Virus record (IMG/VR): IMGVR_UViG_3300037755_000658
Span: 1-41,461 of that record
Direction: 5' to 3' (one strand)
From: a virus
Lineage: Duplodnaviria > Caudoviricetes
Length of the DNA stretch: 41,461 bases
Shown here piece by piece: positions 25,010-35,102 of the stretch (position 1 is the stretch's first letter; the number at the start of each line of letters is the position of its first letter). The notes below the pieces were generated by a model. That model was not told the DNA's origin and did no database searches. It saw only the letters and a program-made list of their open reading frames with translations. Position numbers and translations under genes: made by a program.

Positions 25010-26217
25010 GCCTGTGGTGGCAGCGCCGGGAGACAAAGCCCGGCAAGGGCGAGGAGCGCTCCATCTGGCCGCAGGCCAGCCTCGAGCAGGCGATCGCCTC
25101 CCTGAAGACCCAGTCGTACGCCGACGTCAACCTGTCCTCCGCGGAGTCGGCGCTGCAGTCCGTCGCCGTGTATTCCGCGGTCGATCTGATCGCGTCGGTG
25201 GTCTCCGAGTTGCCGCTGGACGTCTTCCGGGATACCGGGGACGTCCCGGTCAAGTTGCGCACCCCGGGCTACATGGAGGACCCGGACGGCGACGGATACG
25301 GCAAGGAGGACTGGACCTACCGGGCCCTGTACTCGTGGCTGCTGCGCGGCAACGTCTACGGGGACATCCTGGAACGGTCGAACGCCGGCGGCTTCCTGCA
25401 GCAGGTCGAGCTATTCCACCCGGACCTGGTCAGCGGGTCGCTGACCGACAAGGGCACCGTGAACTGGCTGCACAACGGTAGGCAGATTTCGCAGGCACAG
25501 ATGTTCCACCGCCGGGCGAATGCCGTGCCCGGTTACATCCAAGGCCTGTCGCCGATCCAGATGCTCGCGAACACGGTCGGCATATCCCTGACCGCGTCGA
25601 AGTTCGGACTGCAGTGGTTCCAGGACGGCGCCCACCCCACAGCGCTCCTCATCAACTCCGAGTCGACGATCGACGAAGCCCAGTCCCGCACGGCGAAGAA
25701 CCGGTTCCTCGCCACACTGCGCGGCCGCCGCGAGCCGCTGGTCATGGGCAGGGGCTGGGACTACAAGCCGATCCAACTCACCGCCGAGGAGTCCCAATTC
25801 CTCGCCACGCAGGGATGGTCCCAGGCCGAGTGCGCGCGGATCTTCGGCGCGGGCATCCCCGAGATCCTCGGCTACGAGACCGGCGGCAGCATGACGTACG
25901 CGAACATCCAGGACCGCGAGCTCACGCTGCTGAAGTACGCGATCGGCCGGTGGATCCGCCGCATGGAACGGATCTGGTTCCAGTTCCTGCCCCGCCCGCA
26001 GTACGCCCGCTACAACCGCGACGCGCTGCTGGAGACGAACACGATGCAGCGCTACTTGGCGCACGCCTCCGCGCTGTCCGCGCAATGGAAGACCGTCAAT
26101 GAGGTCCGCGACAAGGAAGAGCTGACCCCCGTCTCGTGGGGTGATGAGCCGACGCATCCGCCCGCCGCGGTGCCCGTTTCCGATCCGGCCGCGACCGGCC
26201 CCCAGCAGGAGGAGTGA
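25006..26217 (+). CDS. Portal protein (HK97 type)
   Basis: AVYSAVDLIA, LLRGNVY, GLSPI, ARIFG, TVNEVR. Confidence 0.92.
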   Translation: MSLWWQRRETKPGKGEERSIWPQASLEQAIASLKTQSYADVNLSSAESALQSVAVYSAVDLIASVVSELPLDVFRDTGDVPVKLRTPGYMEDPDGDGYGKEDWTYRALYSWLLRGNVYGDILERSNAGGFLQQVELFHPDLVSGSLTDKGTVNWLHNGRQISQAQMFHRRANAVPGYIQGLSPIQMLANTVGISLTASKFGLQWFQDGAHPTALLINSESTIDEAQSRTAKNRFLATLRGRREPLVMGRGWDYKPIQLTAEESQFLATQGWSQAECARIFGAGIPEILGYETGGSMTYANIQDRELTLLKYAIGRWIRRMERIWFQFLPRPQYARYNRDALLETNTMQRYLAHASALSAQWKTVNEVRDKEELTPVSWGDEPTHPPAAVPVSDPAATGPQQEE

Positions 26218-27053
26218 CCATGCCCGCGATCCGCGGTCTGCAACTGATCCGCGGCGGCGCCATGGCGCCCGCCCTGGACCGGCCCCGTCCGGCCCGTGCC
26301 GAAGGTGACGACATCGCCGCTGCCGAGGGCGAGATGCCCGTCATGACAGTGGAGTTCTCCCGCTTCGACACCTGGTACGAAATCGACTCCTGGTGGGAGG
26401 GCCGCTTCCTCGAGCGCACCAAGAAGGGCTCGTTCAAACGCACCATCAAGTCCCAGGGCGCCTCGGGGGTGAAGGTGCTGTTCAACCACGGCCGTGACAT
26501 GCAGATCCACCAGAAGGTCCTCGGCGTGGCCTCGGTCCTCGAGGAACGGGACACCTCCCCGTACATGGAGGTGCCGCTGCTGGACACCTCCTACAACCGC
26601 GACCTCGTGCCCGGCCTCGAGGCCGGCGCGTACGGCAGCTCGTTCATGTTCGAGGTGATCGGTGAGTCGTGGAACCGGGAGCCCGGGCAGGCCGACCACA
26701 ACCCGGAGGGCCTGCCGGAGCGCACCATAACGGAGATCAAATTGTTCGAGGCCGGGCCGGTCACGTGGCCGGCGAACCCGGATGCGACGGCTGGTCTGCG
26801 CTCCGGGGTGGACTGGTTGATGGCCGAGATCGCCGAGCGTGACTCGGATCAGTACCAGGACCTCGTACGATCGTTTGCAGCATTCCGGGCTCTGCACGGA
26901 CTCCGCACCCCGCCCGAGGAGGGCGGGCCCGCGGCTCCGGCAGCACCCGTACCGCAGGCCCCGGCACCCGGTGGTTCACCGGCTCGCCACGCAAGCGGAC
27001 TCTCAGCGGCGGCACGTGTCCGTCGCCTGTCCCTACTTGGCGTGAAGAGGTGA
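26214..27053 (+). CDS. HK97-family prohead protease
   Basis: VLFNH, GSSFMF, LFEAGPVTWPA. Confidence 0.9.
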   Translation: MTMPAIRGLQLIRGGAMAPALDRPRPARAEGDDIAAAEGEMPVMTVEFSRFDTWYEIDSWWEGRFLERTKKGSFKRTIKSQGASGVKVLFNHGRDMQIHQKVLGVASVLEERDTSPYMEVPLLDTSYNRDLVPGLEAGAYGSSFMFEVIGESWNREPGQADHNPEGLPERTITEIKLFEAGPVTWPANPDATAGLRSGVDWLMAEIAERDSDQYQDLVRSFAAFRALHGLRTPPEEGGPAAPAAPVPQAPAPGGSPARHASGLSAAARVRRLSLLGVKR

Positions 27054-28516
27054 CGGGGATGCCCCCCAAGATCAAGGAAGATGAGCCGAAGGACTACCAG
27101 CGGTCCGAGAACATCGAGGCCGCCGAATCCCGCATCGGCCAGATCCACGAAGAGATGCTCGTCCTCGACACCGAGGCCGCGGGCGAGCAGCTGGATGAGG
27201 ACGCCCAGCGCAGCTGGGACGACCTCGAGGCGGAGCTGAAGTTCCGCGAGGCCGAGCACAAGGCCCTGCAGCGCGCCGAGCGGCTGCGCGAGTCCCGCGA
27301 GAAGTGGTCCTCGACGCGGTTCTCGCCGGCGCAGGACCCGTTCAGTGAGGACCCGCGGATTCTCAGCGAGCGGGCCGTGTACGACCGGTCGATGGCCGTC
27401 GTCGACTCCTCCGAGGGCGGACGGCACCTGGATCCGAATCAGAAGGAGCGCGTCCAAAAGCTGCTGCGCACGCAGACCGGCGACACCAACGGCGAGCTCA
27501 TCGGCCGGCTGATGCTGGCCACCGAGAATCCGCACTACCGGTCCGCGTTCCAGAAGATCGCCGCGTCGACGGCTCCGGTGTTCACGCCGGAGGAATCGAG
27601 GGCGATCGAGCAGGTCGGGCTGATCAAGCGTGCGATGAGCGTCGGTTCGGACGGTAGCGGCGGGTTCGCGGTGCCGGTGCTGATCGACCCGACGATCATC
27701 CTCACCTCGCAGGAGTCGGAGAATGACATCCTCCGTCTCGCGCGCGTGGAGACGATCACGAACGACACGTGGAAGGGCTTGTCCACCGCGGGCGTTTCGT
27801 GGCAGTTCAGCGCTGAGGCTGCGGCTACGACGGACAACAGCCCGACGATCGCCCAGCCGTCGGTGCCTACGTACCGTGCGGACGGCTTCATCCCGTTCTC
27901 GATCGAGATCGGAATGGACTGGCCCGGTTTCGCCGAGCAGATGTCCATGCTCCTCTCGGAGGGCTATAACGAGCTGCTCGCCGAGAAGCTCACCGACGGC
28001 TCTGGTTCGACCGAACCGACTGGTCTGGTGACCGCGCTGGACGCGAACACGAACGTGGAGATCGAGATCGCGTCCACATCGGTACTGGCAGCGTCCGACA
28101 TCTACGGGCTGTGGGATGCGCTCCCGCAGAAGTACCGCCGGAAGATGACGACCGCCTGGCTGTCCTCGACGAACATCCAGAACACCATCCGGCAGCTCGG
28201 CACGACCGACCCGAACTTCACGATCAACCTCACCGAAGAGGCGATCCCGAGGATGTTCGGCCGCGAGTACCCGATGAACGACTACATGTCGGACTTCGTC
28301 GCGGGCACCGGCACCCAGCCGCTGCTCATCGTCGGCGACTTCAAGAACTACCTGGTCGCCCAGCGCGCCGGCATGCAAGTCGAATTCCTGCCGATGCTGT
28401 TCGACGTCACGAACAACCGGCCCACCGGCCAGCGCGGCTGGTTCGCCTGGTCCCGCGTCGGCGCTGACAGCATCAACGACCTCGGATTCCGGCTGCTCGT
28501 CAACAAGTCGGTGTGA
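27050..28516 (+). CDS. Major capsid protein with N-terminal delta domain (start 27050 or 27059)
   Basis: Coiled-coil N-terminus, GGFAVP, IVGDFKNY; HK97 gene order. Confidence 0.92.
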   Translation: MTGMPPKIKEDEPKDYQRSENIEAAESRIGQIHEEMLVLDTEAAGEQLDEDAQRSWDDLEAELKFREAEHKALQRAERLRESREKWSSTRFSPAQDPFSEDPRILSERAVYDRSMAVVDSSEGGRHLDPNQKERVQKLLRTQTGDTNGELIGRLMLATENPHYRSAFQKIAASTAPVFTPEESRAIEQVGLIKRAMSVGSDGSGGFAVPVLIDPTIILTSQESENDILRLARVETITNDTWKGLSTAGVSWQFSAEAAATTDNSPTIAQPSVPTYRADGFIPFSIEIGMDWPGFAEQMSMLLSEGYNELLAEKLTDGSGSTEPTGLVTALDANTNVEIEIASTSVLAASDIYGLWDALPQKYRRKMTTAWLSSTNIQNTIRQLGTTDPNFTINLTEEAIPRMFGREYPMNDYMSDFVAGTGTQPLLIVGDFKNYLVAQRAGMQVEFLPMLFDVTNNRPTGQRGWFAWSRVGADSINDLGFRLLVNKSV

Positions 28517-28645
28517 TGACTGTGACCCTGGCGGCACGGATCCAACGATGACCATCAGTGTCATCGCAGTTTGACAAGCCCCGGGCCGCAGCGCCTCACG
28601 CGCGCTGCGGCCCGGACTTATCTCCAGCGTGAGAGGAGACCCCCG

Positions 28646-28951
28646 ATGAAGTACGCAGTGGTGACCGGCATCGTCCGCTGGTCCGGCGGATCCATGGAGC
28701 TCATCCGCGGCAAGTCCGCCGACGACAACCACCCCCTCGTCGTCGAGCGCCCGGACCTGTTCGGCGACCAGCCCCCGGAGGCTGAACTCGCCGGGCCGCC
28801 GCCCGCCGACGAGGAAGAGGACGCACAAGAGCAGGAGCAACCGCCGGCCCCGGTCGTAGAGCGCGCCACCGCCGCCCCCGGCGAGAAGCGCACCCTGTCG
28901 CGCCGCAGCACGAGCCGCAAGCCCGGCACGAAGGGCGAGGCCAATGAGTGA
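28646..28951 (+). CDS. Small post-capsid protein
   Basis: GAGGAG RBS; HPLVVERPDLF, VERATAAPGEKR. Confidence 0.75.
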   Translation: MKYAVVTGIVRWSGGSMELIRGKSADDNHPLVVERPDLFGDQPPEAELAGPPPADEEEDAQEQEQPPAPVVERATAAPGEKRTLSRRSTSRKPGTKGEANE

Positions 28952-29747
28952 AACGCATCCTGCGCCATCCGGTGACGGCCTGGTCCAGATGGCCTACCTC
29001 CACCCCCACACCGTGTCCCACAGCTTCCACGAGTCGGTGATGCGGCTGGTCGTGTGGGACCAGACCCGTGACGGGCACCTGGTCGGCACCGGCGGGCCGT
29101 TCATGATGGCCTGCTCCACCGGCGGCATCGTCGAGGCCCGCAACAAGGTCGTGCGGCAGTGGCTCGACGAGACACCGCACGAATGGCTGTGGTTCATCGA
29201 CACCGACATGGGCTTCGCCCCCGACACCGTCGACCGGCTCCTGGCCGCCGCCGACCCCGACGAACGCCCCGTAATGGGCGGCCTGTGCTTCGGCGTACAG
29301 GAGATCGCCTACGACGGCATGGGCGGACGCCGCCTGCGCCCAGCACCGACCATCTACAGTCCCGCCCACGACGCAAACGGCCGCGTCGGGTTCGCGACCC
29401 GCTGGCACTACCCGGCCAACACCGTGCTGCAGGTCGCCGGCACCGGCGCCGCCTGCCTGCTCCTCCACCGCACCGCCGCCGAGAAACTCCGCGCCGAGTA
29501 CGGCGACGTGTGGTTCGACCGGGTCAAGTACCCCGACGGCCGGTGGGTATCGGAAGACCTGTCGTTCTGCTGGCGCCTGTCCACCCAGCAGATCCCCGTG
29601 TTCGTCCACACCGGCGTCAAGACCACCCACCACAAGCAGATGTGGGTCGGCGAGGACGACTACACCCCGCCCGCCGATGCTCCCGCCCCCACACACGCCC
29701 CCGTGCCGGACGGCAGCGAGCCGGAGACGGCGGCCGCCCATGGGTAG
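28944..29747 (+). CDS. GT-A fold glycosyltransferase
   Basis: ARN, WLWFIDTD (DxD), GAACLL, SEDLSFC. Confidence 0.85.
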   Translation: MSETHPAPSGDGLVQMAYLHPHTVSHSFHESVMRLVVWDQTRDGHLVGTGGPFMMACSTGGIVEARNKVVRQWLDETPHEWLWFIDTDMGFAPDTVDRLLAAADPDERPVMGGLCFGVQEIAYDGMGGRRLRPAPTIYSPAHDANGRVGFATRWHYPANTVLQVAGTGAACLLLHRTAAEKLRAEYGDVWFDRVKYPDGRWVSEDLSFCWRLSTQQIPVFVHTGVKTTHHKQMWVGEDDYTPPADAPAPTHAPVPDGSEPETAAAHG

Positions 29748-30465
29748 CCTCGCCGTCATCGTCCCGTCCCGAGGCCGCCCCCACACCGTCGCGCAGCTCG
29801 CCGAAGCGTTCCGCGTCACGTGCACCGAGAACACGTGGCTCCTGTTCGCCGCCGACGAGGACGATCCGCAGTATCCGGCCTACCGCGATGCCGTCGGTGA
29901 GGCCTCCGCCGCAGGCCAGCGTGTGCAGCTGGTCGCGCAGCCCAGCGGGACCATGGTCTCGGCGCTCAACCACGCGGCCCGCCACCTGCTCGCCGCGCCG
30001 GCCCCCGCCGTGCCGGACGCGATCGGGTTCATGGGCGACGACCACCGGCCCCGCACGAAGAGCTGGGACCAGCGGTATCTGACCGCTCTGCAGGGGCTGC
30101 CCGGGATCGTCTACGGCAACGACCTCCTGCAGGGTGTCAACTTGCCCACCCAGTGCGCAATCACCGCCCGTGTGGTGCGCGCGCTCGGCCACATGGCCCC
30201 GCCGGCGCTCACCCACCTGTACGTCGACAACTACTGGCGCGACCTCGGCGCCACCACCGGCTGTCTCAGCTACCTGCCCGACGTGATCGTCGAGCACGTC
30301 CACCCGATCGCGGGCAAGACGGACTGGGACGACGGCCACCGGCGCGTCAACGACCCTGCCCTCTACGACCGCGACCGCGCCGCGTACGCCGCCTACTGGG
30401 CCGAGCACCAGCAGCGCGACGTCCTCGCCGTCCGCCAGGCCCACGCGGAGGCGGCCCATGGGTGA
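29740..30465 (+). CDS. GT2-like glycosyltransferase
   Basis: VIVPSRGRP, FMGDDH, HLYVD, EHVHP. Confidence 0.85.
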   Translation: MGSLAVIVPSRGRPHTVAQLAEAFRVTCTENTWLLFAADEDDPQYPAYRDAVGEASAAGQRVQLVAQPSGTMVSALNHAARHLLAAPAPAVPDAIGFMGDDHRPRTKSWDQRYLTALQGLPGIVYGNDLLQGVNLPTQCAITARVVRALGHMAPPALTHLYVDNYWRDLGATTGCLSYLPDVIVEHVHPIAGKTDWDDGHRRVNDPALYDRDRAAYAAYWAEHQQRDVLAVRQAHAEAAHG

Positions 30466-31063
30466 GTGGAAGCTCTTCGACGGCGACATCCCACACGTAT
30501 CTACCTTCGAGTTCCACGAGCACAGGGAGCGCGCCCCGCACCTGGACCAGCCGCATCACCGGCCGCGCCTGGACCGGGCGGCCGAGCTGGTGGGCGACGC
30601 CGCCCGTGAGCTCGGCGGGAGCATCTCCGTATCCGACCTCGGGTGCGGCGACGGCGGTCTGTTGTCCCTGCTGCAGCAGATGCCCCACGTGAGCAGCTGG
30701 GGCTACGACTTCACGCCCACCAACCAGGCCGGCTGGGCCGAGCGGGACGTCTTGGCCTACCTGGCCGACGTGTTCGGCGCCGACCGGGACCGAATCGCCT
30801 TTGGTGAGGTGACCGTGGTGACCGAAGTTCTGGAGCACATCGCCGACCCGCACGGTGCGGTGCGCTGGATCGGCGAGCACTCGCCGTTCATCGTGGCCTC
30901 CTCCCCGTGGCAGGAGCGCCCCGGCCGAGCCGACGAATGCCACGCCTGGGCCTGGGACCTCGCCGGATACCAGGCACTCATCCGGCAGGGCGGCTACACC
31001 ATCGTCACCCACGACCGCCGTGGCCCCTTCCAGCTCATCCTGGGACGGAGGCCCTCCCGGTGA
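30458..31063 (+). CDS. Class I SAM-dependent methyltransferase
   Basis: DLGCGDG, EVLEHIADP. Confidence 0.85.
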   Translation: MGEWKLFDGDIPHVSTFEFHEHRERAPHLDQPHHRPRLDRAAELVGDAARELGGSISVSDLGCGDGGLLSLLQQMPHVSSWGYDFTPTNQAGWAERDVLAYLADVFGADRDRIAFGEVTVVTEVLEHIADPHGAVRWIGEHSPFIVASSPWQERPGRADECHAWAWDLAGYQALIRQGGYTIVTHDRRGPFQLILGRRPSR

Positions 31064-31617
31064 CCCGCATCCGGTTGCGTCCGGCCTATAGCGACGACCA
31101 GCTGCGGCAGATATACGCCGCACCGCACGACCACCGCCGTTGGCGCGACCACCATCTACGTGTTGACGTCACCACCGCGGTCGCGCGGTGGGTGGCCTAC
31201 CCGCAGGTAGCCAGGGCGGCGGACCTGTCCTGCGGCAACGGCGCCATCCTCAAGGAGGTCCCGGCGTCCACCCGGTATTTCGGGGACTATGCCCCGGGCT
31301 ACCAGTACCAGGGACCGATTGAGAAGACGCTGGCCGAGATCCCCCAGGTCGATCTGTTCGTGTGCTCGGAGACGATCGAGCACCTGGACGACCCGGACAG
31401 TGTGCTGCGGGGTATCCGGGACCGCTCCCGCGCGCTGGTGTTGTCCACTCCGGTCGATGCGTGGGACGACGCCAATCCGGAGCACTACTGGGCCTGGTCC
31501 CGCGAGGATGTCGAGGCCATGCTCGCCGGTTCCGGTTGGGACATGGTGGTCTACGCCGAGGCTGATCTCAGGCCTTTGGGCCTGCCGTACTGCTTCGGGA
31601 TCTGGGGGGTGCGATGA
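31060..31617 (+). CDS. Class I SAM-dependent methyltransferase
   Basis: DLSCGNG, SETIEHLDDP. Confidence 0.8.
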   Translation: MTRIRLRPAYSDDQLRQIYAAPHDHRRWRDHHLRVDVTTAVARWVAYPQVARAADLSCGNGAILKEVPASTRYFGDYAPGYQYQGPIEKTLAEIPQVDLFVCSETIEHLDDPDSVLRGIRDRSRALVLSTPVDAWDDANPEHYWAWSREDVEAMLAGSGWDMVVYAEADLRPLGLPYCFGIWGVR

Positions 31618-32546
31618 AGACCGCACTGGTCACTGGCACCTTGGGGTTCGTCGGCCGGCACATGACCCACGCCCTGCGCGAGACCGGCTGGGACGTCGTC
31701 ACGTGCGACATCGCCAACCCTGACCATCCGGTCGACTGCCTCGACGTCTTCCGCGAGGGTGACCGCGTCTTCGACCTGGTCGTGCACGCTGCCGCCCGGG
31801 CCCCTCACCGCGCCGCGATCGACGGCCGCCCCGCAACGATGGCGTACAACCTGCAGCTCGACGCCGCGATGTTCGACTGGGCACTGCGCACCGGGCAGCG
31901 CCGCGTGCTGTATCTGTCCAGCTCGGCCGTCTACCCGGTCGGGTTCCAGACCGGATACACGCCGTACCGCCTGATCGAGAGGGACGCGGACCCGGAGCGG
32001 GAGGTCGGGGGCGAGTTGCTTCAGGCCCTCGGTGATCTGACCGTCCTGCAGCCGGACGCGGGGTACGGGTGGACGAAGCTGACCGGGGAGAGGATGGCGG
32101 CCGCGGCCGCCCTCGAGGGCCTGGCTGTGCACGTCGTGCGGCCGTTCTCCGGCTATGGCGAGGATCAGGGCGAGGACTGGCCCTTCGGCGCGTTCATCGG
32201 CCGCGCCCGGCGGCGTGAGGACCCCTTCATGGTCTGGGGCGACGGCGACCAGGTGCGCGATTGGATCCACATCGACGACGTCGTCTCCGGTGCCCTGGCC
32301 GTCGTCGACGCGGACGTCCGAGAGCCGGTGAACCTGTGCACCGGGCGCGGCATCCGCATGTACGACCTGGCCGACATGATCCGCAAGGAGGCCGGCTACA
32401 TGCCGATCATCCTCCATGATCCGGACCGTCCGCGTGGGGTGGCGTACCGGGTGGGTGACCCGGACCGGTTCTTCGAGATCTACCGGCCGCGCGTTTCCCT
32501 CGAGGAGGGCGTGGCCCGGGCGGTGCGAGCGGCGGTGACCGCATGA
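31614..32546 (+). CDS. NAD-dependent nucleotide-sugar epimerase/dehydratase (extended SDR)
   Basis: TGTLGFVG, SSSAVY, YGWTK, RDWIHIDD. Confidence 0.92.
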   Translation: MKTALVTGTLGFVGRHMTHALRETGWDVVTCDIANPDHPVDCLDVFREGDRVFDLVVHAAARAPHRAAIDGRPATMAYNLQLDAAMFDWALRTGQRRVLYLSSSAVYPVGFQTGYTPYRLIERDADPEREVGGELLQALGDLTVLQPDAGYGWTKLTGERMAAAAALEGLAVHVVRPFSGYGEDQGEDWPFGAFIGRARRREDPFMVWGDGDQVRDWIHIDDVVSGALAVVDADVREPVNLCTGRGIRMYDLADMIRKEAGYMPIILHDPDRPRGVAYRVGDPDRFFEIYRPRVSLEEGVARAVRAAVTA

Positions 32547-33403
32547 TCACGGCAGCCGCCGGGGATGACGTGGCCCTGGTCTTCGAGGCCGGGGCCGTGC
32601 TCACCAGCCCGACGGTGACGATCGCCCCGACCGCGGGCGGGGCCGCTGTCATCGGGCCCACGGCGGACGGCCTGGGCGTGGACGGCACCACGTACACGTA
32701 CGTGTGGCAGGTGTCCTCCAGCCAGGCGCAGGCCTCCTACACCGCGACCCTCGACGGCACCTTCGGCGGGGAACCGGTCGAGGTCGAGATCGAGGTGTAC
32801 GTCACCTCGCTCCCGCTGTACGCCACGCTCGCCCAGCTGAAGGCGTTCGTCACGATCACCGACACCGACCGTGACAGCATCCTCGTGGACAAGCTGGCAG
32901 CCGCGTCCCGGGCCATCGACAAGAACACCGGGCGCCGCTTCTACCTCGATGCCACAGCGACAGCCCGCGTTATCAATCCGACACGGCGGATGGTGCGGGA
33001 CGAGGACGGCTGGCACCTCCTCATCGCGGACATCGGCGATGTCGACGGCCTGATCGTCGAGACCGGACTCACAGGAGCGTGGACCGTTATCACCAGCTCC
33101 ATCGAGGCAGAACCCACCGACGCCATCGACCAACTTGAGCCGATCACCTCACTGCTGAGAATCAACAGCTACTGGCCCTCCGGAGCGGGACGACGTGTCA
33201 GGGTCACGGCCCGGTGGGGCTGGCCCGCCATACCGGATGGTGTGTCCGAGGCGACGAAGATCTTGGCCGCGCGCCTGTTCAAGCGGAAGGACTCCCCGGA
33301 GGGCGTCCTCGGCTCCTCCGAGTGGGGCGTGATCCGGCTGTCCCGCACGGACCCGGACGTGTACGAGCTGATCAAGTCCTACATCCTGCCGGGCCTGGCG
33401 TAA
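32543..33403 (+). CDS. Head-tail adaptor with extra N-terminal beta-rich domain
   Basis: LYATLAQLK, ASRAID..TGRRF, VTARWGWPAIP. Confidence 0.8.
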   Translation: MITAAAGDDVALVFEAGAVLTSPTVTIAPTAGGAAVIGPTADGLGVDGTTYTYVWQVSSSQAQASYTATLDGTFGGEPVEVEIEVYVTSLPLYATLAQLKAFVTITDTDRDSILVDKLAAASRAIDKNTGRRFYLDATATARVINPTRRMVRDEDGWHLLIADIGDVDGLIVETGLTGAWTVITSSIEAEPTDAIDQLEPITSLLRINSYWPSGAGRRVRVTARWGWPAIPDGVSEATKILAARLFKRKDSPEGVLGSSEWGVIRLSRTDPDVYELIKSYILPGLA

Positions 33404-33413
33404 GGGGCAGCGC

Positions 33414-33857
33414 ATGCAGATCTCCACGGTCCGCACAAAGATCGCCGAGGCGGCATCGGCGGTCGTCATGCCGACCGGCGCGCCGGCGCTCACGTGCACC
33501 GGCTACGTACCAGACGCCGTGACCGCGCCGCACTTCTTCGTCGGCGAGTACACCCAGCAGTTCGACAAGGCCTACAAGCGCGGCCTGGACGAGCTGGAGT
33601 TCACCTGCCGCGTGCTCGTCTCCAGGGCTGACGACAAGAGCTCCCAGGAGATCCTCGACGCGCTGCTGTCCGGGTCCGGCACGTCGTCGCTGAAGGCGGC
33701 GATCGAGGCCGCGCGCGGCGCACCCGGCGAGCTCGCGCTGGACGGCGCGGCGCATGACCTGCACGTGATGCGGGTGCAGGGCTACCGCTGGTACGAGCAC
33801 GCCGGCACCCAATACGTGGGCGCCGAGCTGATCATCAAAGTCATCGGGAGCGGCTGA
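33414..33857 (+). CDS. Tail terminator/completion-like protein
   Basis: Position and size; ends YVGAELIIKV. Confidence 0.65.
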   Translation: MQISTVRTKIAEAASAVVMPTGAPALTCTGYVPDAVTAPHFFVGEYTQQFDKAYKRGLDELEFTCRVLVSRADDKSSQEILDALLSGSGTSSLKAAIEAARGAPGELALDGAAHDLHVMRVQGYRWYEHAGTQYVGAELIIKVIGSG

Positions 33858-34597
33858 TGTCGAAATCCGTGCTGCTGGACTGCCGGCTGTTCGCGGGCGG
33901 CGCTGATCTGTCCGGGAACTCCAACAAGATCGAGATCACGTCGGAGATCGAGGAGAAGGACGCCACGAACTACCGCTCCGACGGCTGGAAGGAACTCCTC
34001 GGCGGGCTCGGATCAGCGGAGATGGCCGGCGAGGGGCAGTGGGAGGCCGGCGACTCCGGCATGGTCGACGACTCCTCGTGGGCGCAACTCGGCGGCAATA
34101 CCGCATGGTCGGCGTCCCCCGCCGATGCGGTGGTCGGGGATCTGGCGTACTTCATGAAGGCGATGCGCGCCGACTACAAACTCGGCGACGCGGTCGGCGA
34201 GATTGCCCCCTGGTCCGGCATGGCGAAGAGCAGCTGGCCGCTGGTACGCGGCGTGTTCGCCCATCCCCCGGGCACCGCTCGCACGGCGACCGGCGACGGC
34301 ACCGCCCTACAGCTCGGCGCGATCGCCGCGGGGCAGCGGCTGTACGCCGCGCTGCACGTGCTGAGCGTGTCCGGGACGAGCACGCCGACGATCACCGTGG
34401 AGATCGAGTCCGACAGCCAGGAGGACTTCGCCGGCACTCCCGAGACGAGGCTCACCTTCGATGCGGCGACCGCGGGCGGCGGGCAGATCCTGCGCACCGA
34501 CGGCAGCGCGCACGCCGACACCTGGTACCGGCCGACGTGGACCATCACCGGCACCGACCCCAGCTTCCTTTTCGTGGTGGTGCTCGGCGTGAGGTAG
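33857..34597 (+). CDS. Tail-tube-like structural protein with C-terminal extension
   Basis: N-terminal half similar to next gene (DLS...KIE.T.E.EEKD.TNY.S.GWKELLGG). Confidence 0.7.
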   Translation: MSKSVLLDCRLFAGGADLSGNSNKIEITSEIEEKDATNYRSDGWKELLGGLGSAEMAGEGQWEAGDSGMVDDSSWAQLGGNTAWSASPADAVVGDLAYFMKAMRADYKLGDAVGEIAPWSGMAKSSWPLVRGVFAHPPGTARTATGDGTALQLGAIAAGQRLYAALHVLSVSGTSTPTITVEIESDSQEDFAGTPETRLTFDAATAGGGQILRTDGSAHADTWYRPTWTITGTDPSFLFVVVLGVR

Positions 34598-34678
34598 CAG
34601 CCCGCTCGTACTCGTTCTGACCTGCCCGGCACCCGGCGGTGTGCGGGCCTTCGCTATGCCACGAAGGAGAAAATCCCC

Positions 34679-35089
34679 ATGCCCAAGATGGTGCTGCTCG
34701 CCGCATACCTGAACTTGGCCTCCAACGACCTGTCCGAATACGCCCGCAAGATCGAGCTCACCACCGAGGTCGAGGAGAAGGACGTCACCAACTACGCCAG
34801 CCTCGGCTGGAAGGAACTCCTCGGCGGGATCAAATCCGGCGAGCTGGGGCTGGAGTTCCTGCAGGACGTCGCCGCCACCGAACTCGACTCGATCATGTGG
34901 CCGCTGCTTGGCACCGTCGTGGCGTTCCAGACGCGCCTGGACAACGCGGCCGTGTCGACGTCGAACCCCGAGTACTCCGGCAGTGTCCTGGTCAAGGGCT
35001 GGAACCCCATCGAAGGCAGCGTCGGCGACGAGGCCTCGGTGTCCGTCAGCTACCCCACATCGGGCGCCGTCACCCGGACAACCGCGTAA
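34679..35089 (+). CDS. Major tail tube protein
   Basis: AAGGAG RBS; 136 aa; NPEYSG, GSVGD. Confidence 0.8.
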   Translation: MPKMVLLAAYLNLASNDLSEYARKIELTTEVEEKDVTNYASLGWKELLGGIKSGELGLEFLQDVAATELDSIMWPLLGTVVAFQTRLDNAAVSTSNPEYSGSVLVKGWNPIEGSVGDEASVSVSYPTSGAVTRTTA

Positions 35090-35102
35090 GGAGACGACGC
35101 TG

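Noticed and set aside
22842-28840. Long antisense ORFs (22842-24944 and 26849-28840; likewise 5563-7029 and 36321-37949)
   Set aside because: Shadows of well-supported + strand genes, expected in high-GC DNA
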